DNA from: an uncultured Desulfatitalea sp.
GTDB taxonomy: Bacteria; Desulfobacterota; Desulfobacteria; Desulfobacterales; Desulfosarcinaceae
Reading direction: 5' to 3'
Assembly (NCBI GenBank): GCA_963668675.2
Contig: CAXXMB010000002.1
Span: 352,001 to 416,000, forward strand
Length of the DNA: 64,000 nucleotides
Positions 1 through 9,703 of the stretch are shown here, piece by piece (the first letter of the stretch is position 1; every line of letters begins with the position of its first letter). The position numbers were made by a program, and so were the translations under genes. The notes beneath the pieces are model-generated. The model saw nothing but the letters and a program-made list of their open reading frames with translations, ran no database searches and was not told where the DNA came from.

Positions 1-672
1 GGCATCGCGAACCACCTCCAGTTCCAACTCCTCCCAACCCAGCACCGATTCCTCGACCAGCACCTGGTGGATCAAGCTGGCCGCTAATCCCCGATTGACG
101 ATGGTTTGCAACTCTTCCAGGTTGTACACCAGACCGCCGCCGGTGCCCCCCATGGTATACGCCGGCCGGATCACGACCGGATAGCCCAACTCCTCAGCCA
201 CCTGTTCGGCCTCTTGGAGTGTATCCACGGCCCGGCTGCGCGGCATATCGATTCCCAGCCGTTCCATCGTCTGCTTGAAGGCCGTGCGATCCTCACCGCG
301 TTCGATGGCATCGATGTTTACACCAATCATATGGACGCCGTATTTTTCCAGAATGCCCATGCGGTGCAGCTCGCTGGACAAGTTGAGCCCCGACTGGCCA
401 CCCAGATTGGGCAAAAGGGCGTCGGGTCGCTCACAGGCGATGATTTTTTCCAGAGTGTTCACATTGAGTGGTTCGATATAGGTCACGTCAGCCATGCCGG
501 GATCGGTCATGATCGTGGCCGGGTTGGAATTGACCAGGACGATCTCATACCCCAAAGAGCGCAAGGCTTTGCAGGCCTGGGTCCCCGAATAGTCAAATTC
601 ACAAGCCTGACCGATCACGATGGGACCGGAACCGATAATCAAAATCTTATGGATCTCTTCTCGTTTGGGCAT
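1..672 (-). CDS. carB: Carbamoyl-phosphate synthase large subunit, 5' part (runs off window start)
   Basis: Manual minus-strand translation from ATG at 672 gives [37 protein letters not shown]...[11 protein letters not shown], the CarB N-terminus. AAGGAG RBS at 678-683. The 106..729 + ORF is its antisense shadow. Confidence 0.96.
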   Translation of the reverse strand, partial: MPKREEIHKILIIGSGPIVIGQACEFDYSGTQACKALRSLGYEIVLVNSNPATIMTDPGMADVTYIEPLNVNTLEKIIACERPDALLPNLGGQSGLNLSSELHRMGILEKYGVHMIGVNIDAIERGEDRTAFKQTMERLGIDMPRSRAVDTLQEAEQVAEELGYPVVIRPAYTMGGTGGGLVYNLEELQTIVNRGLAASLIHQVLVEESVLGWEELELEVVRDA

Positions 673-1362
673 GGACGCTCCTTCGGGGCTGTTGATTTTA
701 AAAAAGCGATGGGTTGGCAATTCGATTGAGCCAAACTAATTGTGGTTTGGTAAATTAAGCGGTACTAAAAATCAACTCAATTCGTTTCCCCGGGTTGCGT
801 GGCAAGACCACTTCAGGCACCCTAACTCAAATATCCTTGTTGACGGCCTTCAAAGCGGCCTCAATAAATGAACCAGAGGCGCGAGCGGTGGTTACGCCCT
901 TTGCGCTATGCGGTGCAAATTCTTCCCATTCGAAAAAGCCCGTCACTGTGCGGCTAAAACCCCATGGCATGAGATACGAGGGAACAAATTGCCGACGGGC
1001 CGTCACCACGACGACGCCTCCTTCACCCTGGATCACTGGTGCCGCTAACGATATAACTCTTTTTTTTTGGATTAATATCAAAACCTAAGTGACCGGTTGG
1101 CGAGTAGGACGCAACACCAAAAGAAATGTGGCAAGCATCTTGCTTGGAAGAGTGGCGGATGTTGGATCTGCCGTGAGCCTCTGTTAACCACTTCTACAAT
1201 CTGAACGACTCCATATCCAAAAAAGAATCCCCGGATTATGCGGCCACATAACCCGGGGGTCTAAAACTACCATCCAGGGGAGCATGCCGGACATTCGCGA
1301 CGCGGGTATGCCATCTGGAATGGACCTGATTAGCATAGGACCATTCTAGAAACGTGTCAACA

Positions 1363-1387
1363 ATCTCTCCTGGATCCAAGGAGAGAT
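1363..1387 (+). promoter_or_regulatory. Hairpin sequestering the RBS of the FN3/PKD surface-protein gene
   Basis: ATCTCTCCT-GGATCCA-AGGAGAGAT is a 9-bp stem whose 3' arm holds AGGAG, just before ATG 1390. Confidence 0.45.
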
Positions 1388-1389
1388 GT

Positions 1390-3597
1390 ATGCTTAATCT
1401 GCGACAGTTTATTCGCACAACGCTTGTCAAAAATACCATTACCATAGTTTCCCGCTTGAGATGTTCAGATGCCGATATGTGCCAGAGGGCACCGCACCTC
1501 TCGCCTTTTGCACTCTTTCTGTTGATATCCTTTACGATCCTGCTCACTCCTGCCCTACTTCTGGCGGCGCAAGTCACACTGGCCTGGGATGCCAACGATC
1601 CGACACCCGAAGGTTACTGTCTCTATCAGCGCACCGACAATTCTACATACGACTACTCTCAACCCACATGGACAGGAAGCGGCACCACCTGCACTGTCGC
1701 TGATCTCGTCGAAGACACCCAGTACTACTTTGTCGTGCACGCTTACGACAGCGGGTCCGAAAGCGGCGACTCAAATGAGGTGGCTTACTATGCAGCTTCG
1801 GCCAACCCCGTACCGGTCAACAACTCTCCCCAGGCCAATGCCGGCACCGACCAGACCGTTGAAGCATGGACCATGGTCACACTCGACGGCACCGGTTCAT
1901 CCGATCCGGACGAAGATCAGTTGAATTACGCATGGGTTCAGACCGGTGGACCGACCGTGGAGATATTTAGCCCCTCCACCGCGCAGCCCACGTTCACGGC
2001 CCCCGGGAGCGCCTCATCGGACACAGCCCTGACCTTCCGGTTGACCGTAACCGATCCGGACGGCCTGAGCGCAAGCGACACATGCCGGGTAACAGTTCCG
2101 GCTACTACACCAGCAAACGATCCGCCCGTTGCCGATGCCGGCGACAACCAAAGCGTCTATTCAGGCACTCGCGTTACCCTGGACGGCTCCCACTCCTCGG
2201 ATCCCGAAGGGCAGACGCTGACCTGCCAGTGGGTACAGACAGGCGGACCGATGGTCCAGATATCTTCGTCGACCGCTACCAGCGCCTACTTCACGGCACC
2301 CGAGGTCGAGATCGGACAACAGGCAACCCTGATTTTCGAACTAACAGTGTTCGACAGCAGCATGCTTTCGTGTACCGACACCTGCATTGTGCAGGTCCAA
2401 CCGACACCTCCCACCGACAGCGACGGGGACGGCACGCCGGATGAACAGGACGCCTTTCCCAATGACGCATCCGAGTGGATCGATACAGACCTTGACGGCA
2501 CCGGCAACAATGCAGATGCAGATGACGACAACGACAATATGCCAGACGCCTGGGAGACTGCAAACGGCTTCGATCCGCTTGTCGACGACGCTGACCTGGA
2601 CAGCGACGGCGACGGTCTCTCCAATCTTGAAGAGTACCAAAACGGCAGTGATCCGATGGATGGTGAAGAGAACCTTGCGCCTCGCCAGCCGAGCATCCTA
2701 TCCCCGGTCGATGCAGCGGATGAAGTCAGTCTCAGAACCAAAATCATCGCCACTGCCTTTTCCGATCCCAATGGCGAAGACACGCATGAGAAATCCGAGT
2801 GGCGCATTGCAAAAGCGTCGGATCAACGCAGCGTAATGCAGGTCACCCGATACCGGTCGCTCACCACTCTCCGCGTGCCCTACTTCGTTCTCAACCCAGG
2901 CACGAGCTATACTTGCCAAGTGAGGTACTACGATCAGCACGGCCTGGCTTCGGAGTGGTCTCCGACCATCACTTTCACCACCACCGCCAGCTCCTACTGG
3001 TGGGGCTGGAGAGGTGTTATAGAGGGACAGGAGGCACCGGAGAGCACCGATCTCAATAGCAATGGCGTAACGGATCTGGCAGAATCCCAAACCATCAGGA
3101 GCGTCAGTGCCGTCGATGACAGCCACACCATGGCCGTCAGTATCGAAACGAGTCCGAATGTTGAACAGATTGACGGCGCAGGCGCTATCGACCCCTATTC
3201 CGAAGAGGAGTTGCCGCCGGTCGAGGACATCAATCCTTACGGAATGATCGGCTACCGCATTCAACTGCTGCAGCCGGGGCAGAGCACCTCTGTATCCCTC
3301 TACTTCAGCGGCGGCGTCGACGATCAGACCGCATGGATGGCCCTCAACAGCGAAGGGGACTACGCCGATTGCGGAGATCAAGTGGCGATTCAGGCAGATG
3401 GAAGCGTCGTCAGGTGGCTGACCGACGGGGGAGAGAACGACCTTGACGGTGTGGCCAACGGCATCGTTGTCGATATGATTGGCCCGCGTGACGCCGCCGC
3501 CCAAGGTGACGGTGATCTGGGCCTGGACAACGGCACCGAGGCCTCGGAGCCATCTTCTGGAGGCGGAGGTTGTTTTATCGGGTCATTGATAAAGTAA
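1390..3597 (+). CDS. Secreted/surface protein: FN3, 2x PKD/Ig-like, Asp-rich Ca-binding (TSP3-like) repeats, FN3, choice-of-anchor-like domain, C-terminal GGGGCFI (CFI-box) motif
   Basis: Hydrophobic signal ending LLLA-AQVTLAWDAN; YYFVVHAYD..ES..SNEV; two P.A.AG.DQ/NQ.V....VTLDG..SSDP repeats; DSDGDG repeats; C-terminus SSGGGGCFIGSLIK. Start could also be 1477. Confidence 0.88.
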   Translation: MLNLRQFIRTTLVKNTITIVSRLRCSDADMCQRAPHLSPFALFLLISFTILLTPALLLAAQVTLAWDANDPTPEGYCLYQRTDNSTYDYSQPTWTGSGTTCTVADLVEDTQYYFVVHAYDSGSESGDSNEVAYYAASANPVPVNNSPQANAGTDQTVEAWTMVTLDGTGSSDPDEDQLNYAWVQTGGPTVEIFSPSTAQPTFTAPGSASSDTALTFRLTVTDPDGLSASDTCRVTVPATTPANDPPVADAGDNQSVYSGTRVTLDGSHSSDPEGQTLTCQWVQTGGPMVQISSSTATSAYFTAPEVEIGQQATLIFELTVFDSSMLSCTDTCIVQVQPTPPTDSDGDGTPDEQDAFPNDASEWIDTDLDGTGNNADADDDNDNMPDAWETANGFDPLVDDADLDSDGDGLSNLEEYQNGSDPMDGEENLAPRQPSILSPVDAADEVSLRTKIIATAFSDPNGEDTHEKSEWRIAKASDQRSVMQVTRYRSLTTLRVPYFVLNPGTSYTCQVRYYDQHGLASEWSPTITFTTTASSYWWGWRGVIEGQEAPESTDLNSNGVTDLAESQTIRSVSAVDDSHTMAVSIETSPNVEQIDGAGAIDPYSEEELPPVEDINPYGMIGYRIQLLQPGQSTSVSLYFSGGVDDQTAWMALNSEGDYADCGDQVAIQADGSVVRWLTDGGENDLDGVANGIVVDMIGPRDAAAQGDGDLGLDNGTEASEPSSGGGGCFIGSLIK

Positions 3598-3674
3598 AGA
3601 TGGCAATTTTGTCAGGTGGATTTCCAAACGTCCCCTGATAAACACATATACCGGATCTTATCAGAACCGGAAGC

Positions 3675-3728
3675 GATGCGGGTCCCGATCATTCACATGG
3701 GGTGGTGGTTTGGGGCCCGCATCTTTTT
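3675..3728 (+). terminator. Rho-independent terminator
   Basis: GATGCGGGTCCC...GGGGCCCGCATC stem followed by TTTTT, downstream of the surface-protein gene. Confidence 0.65.
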
Positions 3729-3759
3729 CCGGAAGGCAACAGCCCCCAGCACATTTTCC

Positions 3760-3805
3760 TTGACTTGGCATAAAAGAAGATCGATATAGATACAAATCTA
3801 TATCG
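3760..3805 (+). promoter_or_regulatory. Sigma70-like promoter (-35 TTGACT) with perfect 10-4-10 dyad operator over the -10/+1 region
   Basis: TTGACT at 3760-3765; CGATATAGAT-ACAA-ATCTATATCG at 3782-3805. Confidence 0.6.
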
Positions 3806-3812
3806 GTTTAGT

Positions 3813-4220
3813 ATGAATAGTAAAGTTAAACATTTGATCGTATTGATCCTTGTGGCCATGCTGGCCGGCCATGCAATCGCCCAAGCCGTCCGCCCTTCGG
3901 ATGCTTGTCCGGCGGACCAGTGTTGCTGCGCCCGCCCAACAGCCGGTCATTCGGCGGTAGAATCCTCCGAGCTGCACGATTTGGGTTGTATCCCCGCATC
4001 GCCCTGCTGCCATGTAAAACCATTCAAACGCGATCCGTCTGTAAAATGGATCGCGCCATCTTCTCAAATCAAGAACTGGGTATTATCGTCTGCAACGGAA
4101 CTTCCGATCGCTATTGCTCCCTTGACCGAAAAAGAGCGATGCCGAGGCATCATGAGGGAGCGAAACAGATGGACCGCCCGGCCACCGATCTATATTCAAG
4201 TTCTATCCCTCCTCTGTTGA
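3813..4220 (+). CDS. Cys-rich exported small protein, candidate metal-responsive leader peptide
   Basis: Signal-peptide-like N-terminus; 9 Cys including CCC and CC; C-terminal RPPIYIQVLSLLC; first ORF of the DUF2318/ABC operon. Confidence 0.65.
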   Translation: MNSKVKHLIVLILVAMLAGHAIAQAVRPSDACPADQCCCARPTAGHSAVESSELHDLGCIPASPCCHVKPFKRDPSVKWIAPSSQIKNWVLSSATELPIAIAPLTEKERCRGIMRERNRWTARPPIYIQVLSLLC

Positions 4221-4369
4221 TCCAGCCAGATGTTCTGCAAGTCTTGATGTGCCACATCCGTTGATGGTCATAACCGTCACCCAAACAGCACACTTCTGCG
4301 CCAGATCTTGGGTCTTTCGCATAAGAGATTCATGCATGCGTAAATTTGGACCTATAAAGGAGAACTATT

Positions 4370-4939
4370 ATGGTCAACAAACCGTTATCTAACGAAAATC
4401 GTAAATTGAAAAAAGAGCTGATTACCGGGAAAAATCAAAATCCAAAAAGAATCAATACCCTCCTGGTGGTTGTCACCATAGCCGCATTAGCAGGCGCCAT
4501 TGGGGCGGTGTACTTCATCACCTCCGGTGCCGACAGGGGTGGCCGCACGATCCACACCTCAGCCCGGCAGGCGGTCGAAACCTCCGAAATTCGCCATACC
4601 CTGAGCCTCTTCTCCGACGGCAAAGCCCGCCACTTCCAACACCAGGCCAATGGCATAACCATTCGCTATTTCATTATCAAAAGCTCAGACGGGGTCGTAC
4701 GCGCGGCCTTCGATGCCTGCGACGTCTGCTGGCCATCGGGCAAAGGATACTATCAGGATGGTGATGCGATGGTATGCCGCAACTGTGGGCGCCGGTTCGC
4801 ATCTCTGAAGGTTAACGAAGTGAAAGGCGGCTGTAATCCTGCCCCATTAAACCGGGTGGTCGAGGGAGATCAACTGGTCATACAGATGGATGACCTGCTG
4901 CAGGGTCAACACTACTTCAACTTCAAAGGAAAGGCGTAA
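4370..4939 (+). CDS. DUF2318 / FtrD-like membrane-anchored Fe-S protein
   Basis: N-terminal TM helix; AFDACDVC, MVCRNCG and GGCNPAPL motifs; AAGGAG RBS. Confidence 0.88.
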   Translation: MVNKPLSNENRKLKKELITGKNQNPKRINTLLVVVTIAALAGAIGAVYFITSGADRGGRTIHTSARQAVETSEIRHTLSLFSDGKARHFQHQANGITIRYFIIKSSDGVVRAAFDACDVCWPSGKGYYQDGDAMVCRNCGRRFASLKVNEVKGGCNPAPLNRVVEGDQLVIQMDDLLQGQHYFNFKGKA

Positions 4940-4944
4940 CCGTT

Positions 4945-6099
4945 ATGACGCTTAAACAAATCGCCTTTAAAAACCTACTGCGACGCAAAGCCAAGGCCGC
5001 ATTTATACTTGCCGGGCTGGTTATCGGGGTTGCCACTGTAGTGGCGGTGATCAGTTTCACCGAAACCATGACCCAAGAGATCAACCACAAACTCGAAAAA
5101 TTCGGGGCCAATATTCTCATCGTCCCCCACACAGACAGCTTGGCGCTCTCGTACGGCGGCATAACCTTCGGTGGGGTATCGTTTGACCTGCAGCCGATTC
5201 GACACACCGAGTTGTCAAAAATAGCAACCATCAAAAATGCAGCGAACATTGCAGCCGTGGGGCCCATGGTGCTCGGGACGGTACACATCAAGGGGATAGA
5301 TGTATCCATGGCAGGCATCGATCTTCAAGCAACCTCGATCCTCAGACCATGGTGGAAAATCGACGGGCACAAACCAACGACGGATGGGTTGATGCCGGGT
5401 GCTGAAGCTGCGCGTATCCTTGACCTCTCTATCGGGGATGTGGTCCCGGTAAACGGACGCGATATGAAGGTGACCGGTTTGCTGGCTCCAACCGGCTCAC
5501 AAGACGATCGGCTGCTCTTCACTGCGCTGGAGACCGCCCAATCCCTTCTGGGCAAGGAGGGCGAAATCTCCATCGCGGAGGTCGCTGCAATGTGCCACAA
5601 CTGCCCGGTGGACGAAATGGCCAGACAGATATCCGATATTCTACCCTCAGCCAACGTAATGGCCATTCAGCAGGTGGTGAAGGGGCGCATGGAGACCCTG
5701 GCACAATTCAAGAAGTCCTCTTACGGCATATCAATAGTCGTCCTTCTGATTGGCGGACTGGTAGTTCTCGTTACCCTGATGGGAAGTGTCAGGGAACGCA
5801 CCGGAGAAATCGGCATTCTTCTGGCAGTGGGGTTCCGAAAAAGCCATATCCTGAGGATCATCTTAATGGAAGCCGGTGCCATAAGCGCGTTGGCGGGACT
5901 ATCCGGTTACATCATCGGTATTGGCGGTGTCGGATTGGGGTTACGGTTGGCCGGCAAGGCTGACACCGCCCTTCGTCTCGACCCATTATTGGCTGCCGGG
6001 GCCATTGCGATCGCCTTGGTCCTGGGGTTGGCAGCCAGCGCTTATCCCGCTGCCTTAGCCGCCCGATTGGATCCCAACCAGGCATTGAAGAGACTATAG
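4945..6099 (+). CDS. ABC transporter permease (MacB/FtsX type)
   Basis: KNLLRRK N-terminus, periplasmic domain with CHNC, SVRERTGEIGILLAVGF motif, C-terminal TM helices ending LDPNQALK. Confidence 0.92.
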   Translation: MTLKQIAFKNLLRRKAKAAFILAGLVIGVATVVAVISFTETMTQEINHKLEKFGANILIVPHTDSLALSYGGITFGGVSFDLQPIRHTELSKIATIKNAANIAAVGPMVLGTVHIKGIDVSMAGIDLQATSILRPWWKIDGHKPTTDGLMPGAEAARILDLSIGDVVPVNGRDMKVTGLLAPTGSQDDRLLFTALETAQSLLGKEGEISIAEVAAMCHNCPVDEMARQISDILPSANVMAIQQVVKGRMETLAQFKKSSYGISIVVLLIGGLVVLVTLMGSVRERTGEIGILLAVGFRKSHILRIILMEAGAISALAGLSGYIIGIGGVGLGLRLAGKADTALRLDPLLAAGAIAIALVLGLAASAYPAALAARLDPNQALKRL

Positions 6100-6158
6100 A
6101 TCTCAGACAGCTTCAGAAAACAAGATGCCGATTCCACCTAATCTCAAATGAGGATGAC

Positions 6159-6872
6159 ATGAGCTTTATCCAATGTAAGAATATCATCAAAACCTATGGC
6201 CAGGGGACGTCCACGGTCACCGCCCTCAATAAAATCGATCTCTCTATCGAAAGCGGCGACTTTGTATCCGTTATGGGAGAATCGGGGGCCGGCAAGTCCA
6301 CACTGCTATCGGTGATGGGCGCCATGAATACGCCTTCATCAGGTCATTTCCTGGTGGACGACATCGATGTTTACAGCCTGAGCAGTGAACAGCGGGCCGA
6401 TTTCCGCAGGGAGTACCTCGGATTCATTTTCCAGAGCTTCCACCTCGTTCCCTATCTTACGGTCATGGAAAATGTGATGCTCCCGCTGACCACGACGAAG
6501 AGAAGTAAGCGGCAGAAGCAGGCCATGGCAGCAGAGGCCATGGCCTGGGTCGGCATCGAAGCCAAATCCGATCGCTTGCCGCATCAGATTTCCGGGGGCG
6601 AAATGGAGCGTACGGCCATAGCTCGGGCCATCGTCAACAATCCACCGATACTATTGGCCGATGAACCCACCGGTAATTTGGATTCCAAAAATTCAGATGC
6701 CGTCATTTCACTGCTCGAACGGCTCAATCGCAATGGCACTACCATTGTGATGGTGACCCACAGCAGCGCCTGCGCACAACATGCCCGGCACCGCTTGACA
6801 GTCAGAGACGGCTGTTTGGAAACCGATGCAAGAAGACAAGCATCTGCAGCATTTTCGAATCAGGCAGCCTGA
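6159..6872 (+). CDS. ABC transporter ATP-binding protein (LolD/MacB type)
   Basis: Walker A GESGAGKST, signature ISGGE, Walker B ILLADEPTGNLD, H-loop VTH. Confidence 0.95.
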   Translation: MSFIQCKNIIKTYGQGTSTVTALNKIDLSIESGDFVSVMGESGAGKSTLLSVMGAMNTPSSGHFLVDDIDVYSLSSEQRADFRREYLGFIFQSFHLVPYLTVMENVMLPLTTTKRSKRQKQAMAAEAMAWVGIEAKSDRLPHQISGGEMERTAIARAIVNNPPILLADEPTGNLDSKNSDAVISLLERLNRNGTTIVMVTHSSACAQHARHRLTVRDGCLETDARRQASAAFSNQAA

Positions 6873-6934
6873 TGACGGCTGCCTTCGGCAGGCGCTGACA
6901 TGCATGGCACCATTAAAGGGGCACGTTTTAAGAA

Positions 6935-8929
6935 TTACTCCTTTGAGGAGAGGTAGGTCTTCAGGTTGACCCGTTTGTTTTTAAGCCCCAGCTTTCTGCG
7001 GATACTGTTTCGATAGGACTCGACCGTACGGGCGGAGATGTTCAACAACGCGGCCGTCTCCTTGGTGGTTCTGCCTTTACGGATCAAATTGGCAACCTGC
7101 AATTCGCCGGGTGAGAAGATGTAGTATTTGGCCGACAACTCGGGCATGGGAGATCCGATCACCTCGTTGAGGTTGGTGCGGATCACACTGAGCAACTGCT
7201 GCTGAGGGGCCGTCAGCTCGCTTCTGTCCAAGCGGTCCAGATAGGGTTCGATGAGCTGGACCAGGTTCACGCGGATGTTCTCCTCGGACTGCAGGCGGTC
7301 TTCGTTGCGTTTGTCGAGCAACACGCGCATTGCTGTGTTCATCTCTTTCAGACGCTCGGTCTTGGCAAGTAGCTCCTTCTCCGTCTCTTTACGCAACACA
7401 ACCTCTTGGCGCAACTTCTGATTGGCGAGGGAGAGCTCCTCGGTACGCTCTGCAACCAACGACTCCAGTCTGCGGCGGTAGTTGGCAAGCTCCTTTTGAA
7501 CCCTTTTCTGCTCGGTGATCAGATGAGCCGCCACGTTGGCCCCCCAGATCTTCCCGCCTTCGTAGAGGTGACGAATGTGAAAATGGCCCCACTGCAGACT
7601 ACCGTCCTTGGTTTTGATCTCGAACTCCACGTTGTCGGACAACGGCCGTCCAGCCTCAAGATCGATCATGCGCTGCTGCAGCAATTCGTAACTGGCGGGC
7701 GTCAATATCTCATCGGGCCGCATGCGCAGCAATTCCTGTTCCGTATATCCGGTCGCCTTGCATACCTGATCGTTGACCTTCGTGAACCGAAGTTTTCTCA
7801 GATCCATTTGGTAGATGGCCGTCGGAGACAACTGGAACAGCTGATAGATCAACGCCTGGCTCTCGTCCAGTTTATGGGAGATGGCCCGCCCCCCCCGCCA
7901 CTGGGCGAGTATCCCCGAAATCGCCATGAACGTCTCCAGATCCTCTTTATCCCAACTAAGCGCCCCCTTGCGCATGTGCATCGCAAACATGCCGTATACA
8001 TTGTGCTCGTTGCAAATGGGCAACACGAGAAACGAGGCGACCTTGTTGCGCCTGAGAAACTCCCGGGTCGCCTCATCGGAGATGGCGGTGACATTCTCGC
8101 AGAGAAACGGTTTTCTGTTTTCCACCACCTCGCGAATGACGGGGATCGAGGTAAGATTGGTGTACTTTTCCTTGCGGATGGGGATAAGCCCGCCTAATCT
8201 CCATCGCGACGTGTGGGAAAAAAAATCTCTGGTCCGGTCATCGTACCAAAGGATATAGGCATCATCGACTTCAAAAGCGCGGCCTACGGTCTTGAGGCAA
8301 AAATCGAGAAAGGAGTCGTCCTGGGTTGAGATGGCCTCGGCGGAGACAGCCGCAAGCACCTTGTCGTTGGTTCGTTTATGGGCCAGTTTACGTTCATAGT
8401 GCTGCCGCCCACCCATCATAGAGACAATGTGGGCCACCGTGAGCATCATCCGGCGCTCTGTTTCGTCGAATTCACGTGGGCGGTCATCATATACGACCAG
8501 AAACCCTGCAACCTCACCGGCATATCGGATCGGTGCGCCGAGACACGCCTGTATTCGGTAGTGTTTTACTTCCGGGTCCGATGCCACGTATCCCGTTTGG
8601 CTCAAATCGGAATAGACCACCAGCGCTTTGCCGGCGCGGATAAACTCCTCATAACCGATGCGCCCCCTGATGCTGACCCGCGCAGGAAAATCTTCGGGAA
8701 GCGCTTGCCCCTCTATCGTTACAATTTCGCCCGTGTTCATTTCAAAACGGCTGCAGACGGCAAAAGCCCCTTGGACGGTATTGAGCAGGTATGACAGGGC
8801 CCGCGATACACTTTGGCGAAAATCGGAAGCAGTGGCCGTCACAACGTCGTCCACAATATCCGACAGATCATAAAGCAGGCGTTCGGGATCGGGAAAATAA
8901 TCTTTGCTTATTTGGATTCGGGAGGGCAT
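6935..8929 (-). CDS. GAF-GAF-PAS sensor with C-terminal LuxR HTH transcriptional regulator
   Basis: Two GAF-like segments, PAS (VNDQVCKATGYTEQEL), coiled coil, LuxR HTH (ELQVANLIRKGRTTKETAALLNISARTVESYRNSIRRKLGL). Confidence 0.9.
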   Translation of the reverse strand: MPSRIQISKDYFPDPERLLYDLSDIVDDVVTATASDFRQSVSRALSYLLNTVQGAFAVCSRFEMNTGEIVTIEGQALPEDFPARVSIRGRIGYEEFIRAGKALVVYSDLSQTGYVASDPEVKHYRIQACLGAPIRYAGEVAGFLVVYDDRPREFDETERRMMLTVAHIVSMMGGRQHYERKLAHKRTNDKVLAAVSAEAISTQDDSFLDFCLKTVGRAFEVDDAYILWYDDRTRDFFSHTSRWRLGGLIPIRKEKYTNLTSIPVIREVVENRKPFLCENVTAISDEATREFLRRNKVASFLVLPICNEHNVYGMFAMHMRKGALSWDKEDLETFMAISGILAQWRGGRAISHKLDESQALIYQLFQLSPTAIYQMDLRKLRFTKVNDQVCKATGYTEQELLRMRPDEILTPASYELLQQRMIDLEAGRPLSDNVEFEIKTKDGSLQWGHFHIRHLYEGGKIWGANVAAHLITEQKRVQKELANYRRRLESLVAERTEELSLANQKLRQEVVLRKETEKELLAKTERLKEMNTAMRVLLDKRNEDRLQSEENIRVNLVQLIEPYLDRLDRSELTAPQQQLLSVIRTNLNEVIGSPMPELSAKYYIFSPGELQVANLIRKGRTTKETAALLNISARTVESYRNSIRRKLGLKNKRVNLKTYLSSKE

Positions 8930-9207
8930 GGGCCTGGATCACTTTCCATCGGTTAACAGCGAGCCGCTGATTAGTGCTTCATCAATCATTTCAAGCATCC
9001 ACAGCTATTTCTATGGGGGGCCCCGTTCAATGCCAACGGGTGCTCCCCTTGATTAGGCCTCTCTTTTATGGGATAGAGGGCGATCGATGCGGTAGTGGGA
9101 GAAGCAGCTTCGTTCATGGCATAAACCTTTAGTATCTGATGGTCAACCGCAAAGGGCAGCGTCCACGACATGGGAACACCCCTGATCGAACACCAAGGTA
9201 TATCGAG

Positions 9208-9504
9208 ATGGACCAGTCAGATCGGTCGAAGGCGACCCTGATTCACCGAGTGAAACATATCGTATTGCTGTTGGCCAGCCTCTTCTTCCTGGCATTTGGC
9301 ATCCAGGTACTCTGTCTGGCCTACCAGCTCAACGATCCTTTTGCTTTTGTGATGACCTTCTTTGCCTCCAATCTCATGATCCTGATCAGTGCCGCGTTGG
9401 CGTTGGGTTTTGCCCTCAAATTGAGGCGATCGCGACAGCCTGGGCCTCAACAGGGGCAATCCCGCCCCGATGACGATGGCGTATCGCCGGATGACACGCC
9501 TTGA
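9208..9504 (+). CDS. Small two-TM membrane protein, hypothetical
   Basis: Two hydrophobic helices (IVLLLASLFFLAFGIQVL; FVMTFFASNLMILISAALALGF). Start uncertain. Confidence 0.65.
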   Translation: MDQSDRSKATLIHRVKHIVLLLASLFFLAFGIQVLCLAYQLNDPFAFVMTFFASNLMILISAALALGFALKLRRSRQPGPQQGQSRPDDDGVSPDDTP

Positions 9505-9703
9505 AGCCCTGCCCCCTGGCCGAGGGTTGCAGATGCCGGCCGAAAGGCTTGAATCGGTTGTCATTGGTATTGACCTGATCGCCATTTTTGAATATCCAGA
9601 TTGGCTGCACCAGAGAAAAGCGTTTCAAAAGGCAGCGTGAACGCATCCGACCGAAACGGTGACCATTGCAATCAAAACCATGACCAATGAATGGTGGTAA
9701 AGA

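Noticed and set aside
106..729. 207-aa plus-strand ORF
   Set aside because: Antisense shadow of carB, which has clear motifs on the minus strand.
795..1088. Short overlapping ORFs (97 aa +, 84 aa -) in the carB/FN3 intergenic region
   Set aside because: No RBS or recognisable motif; cannot be supported as genes.
1078..1135. AAACCTA...TAGGACGCAA resembling a c-di-GMP-I (GEMM) riboswitch
   Set aside because: No GNRA tetraloop and no recognisable second hairpin/receptor; similarity is only a few nucleotides.
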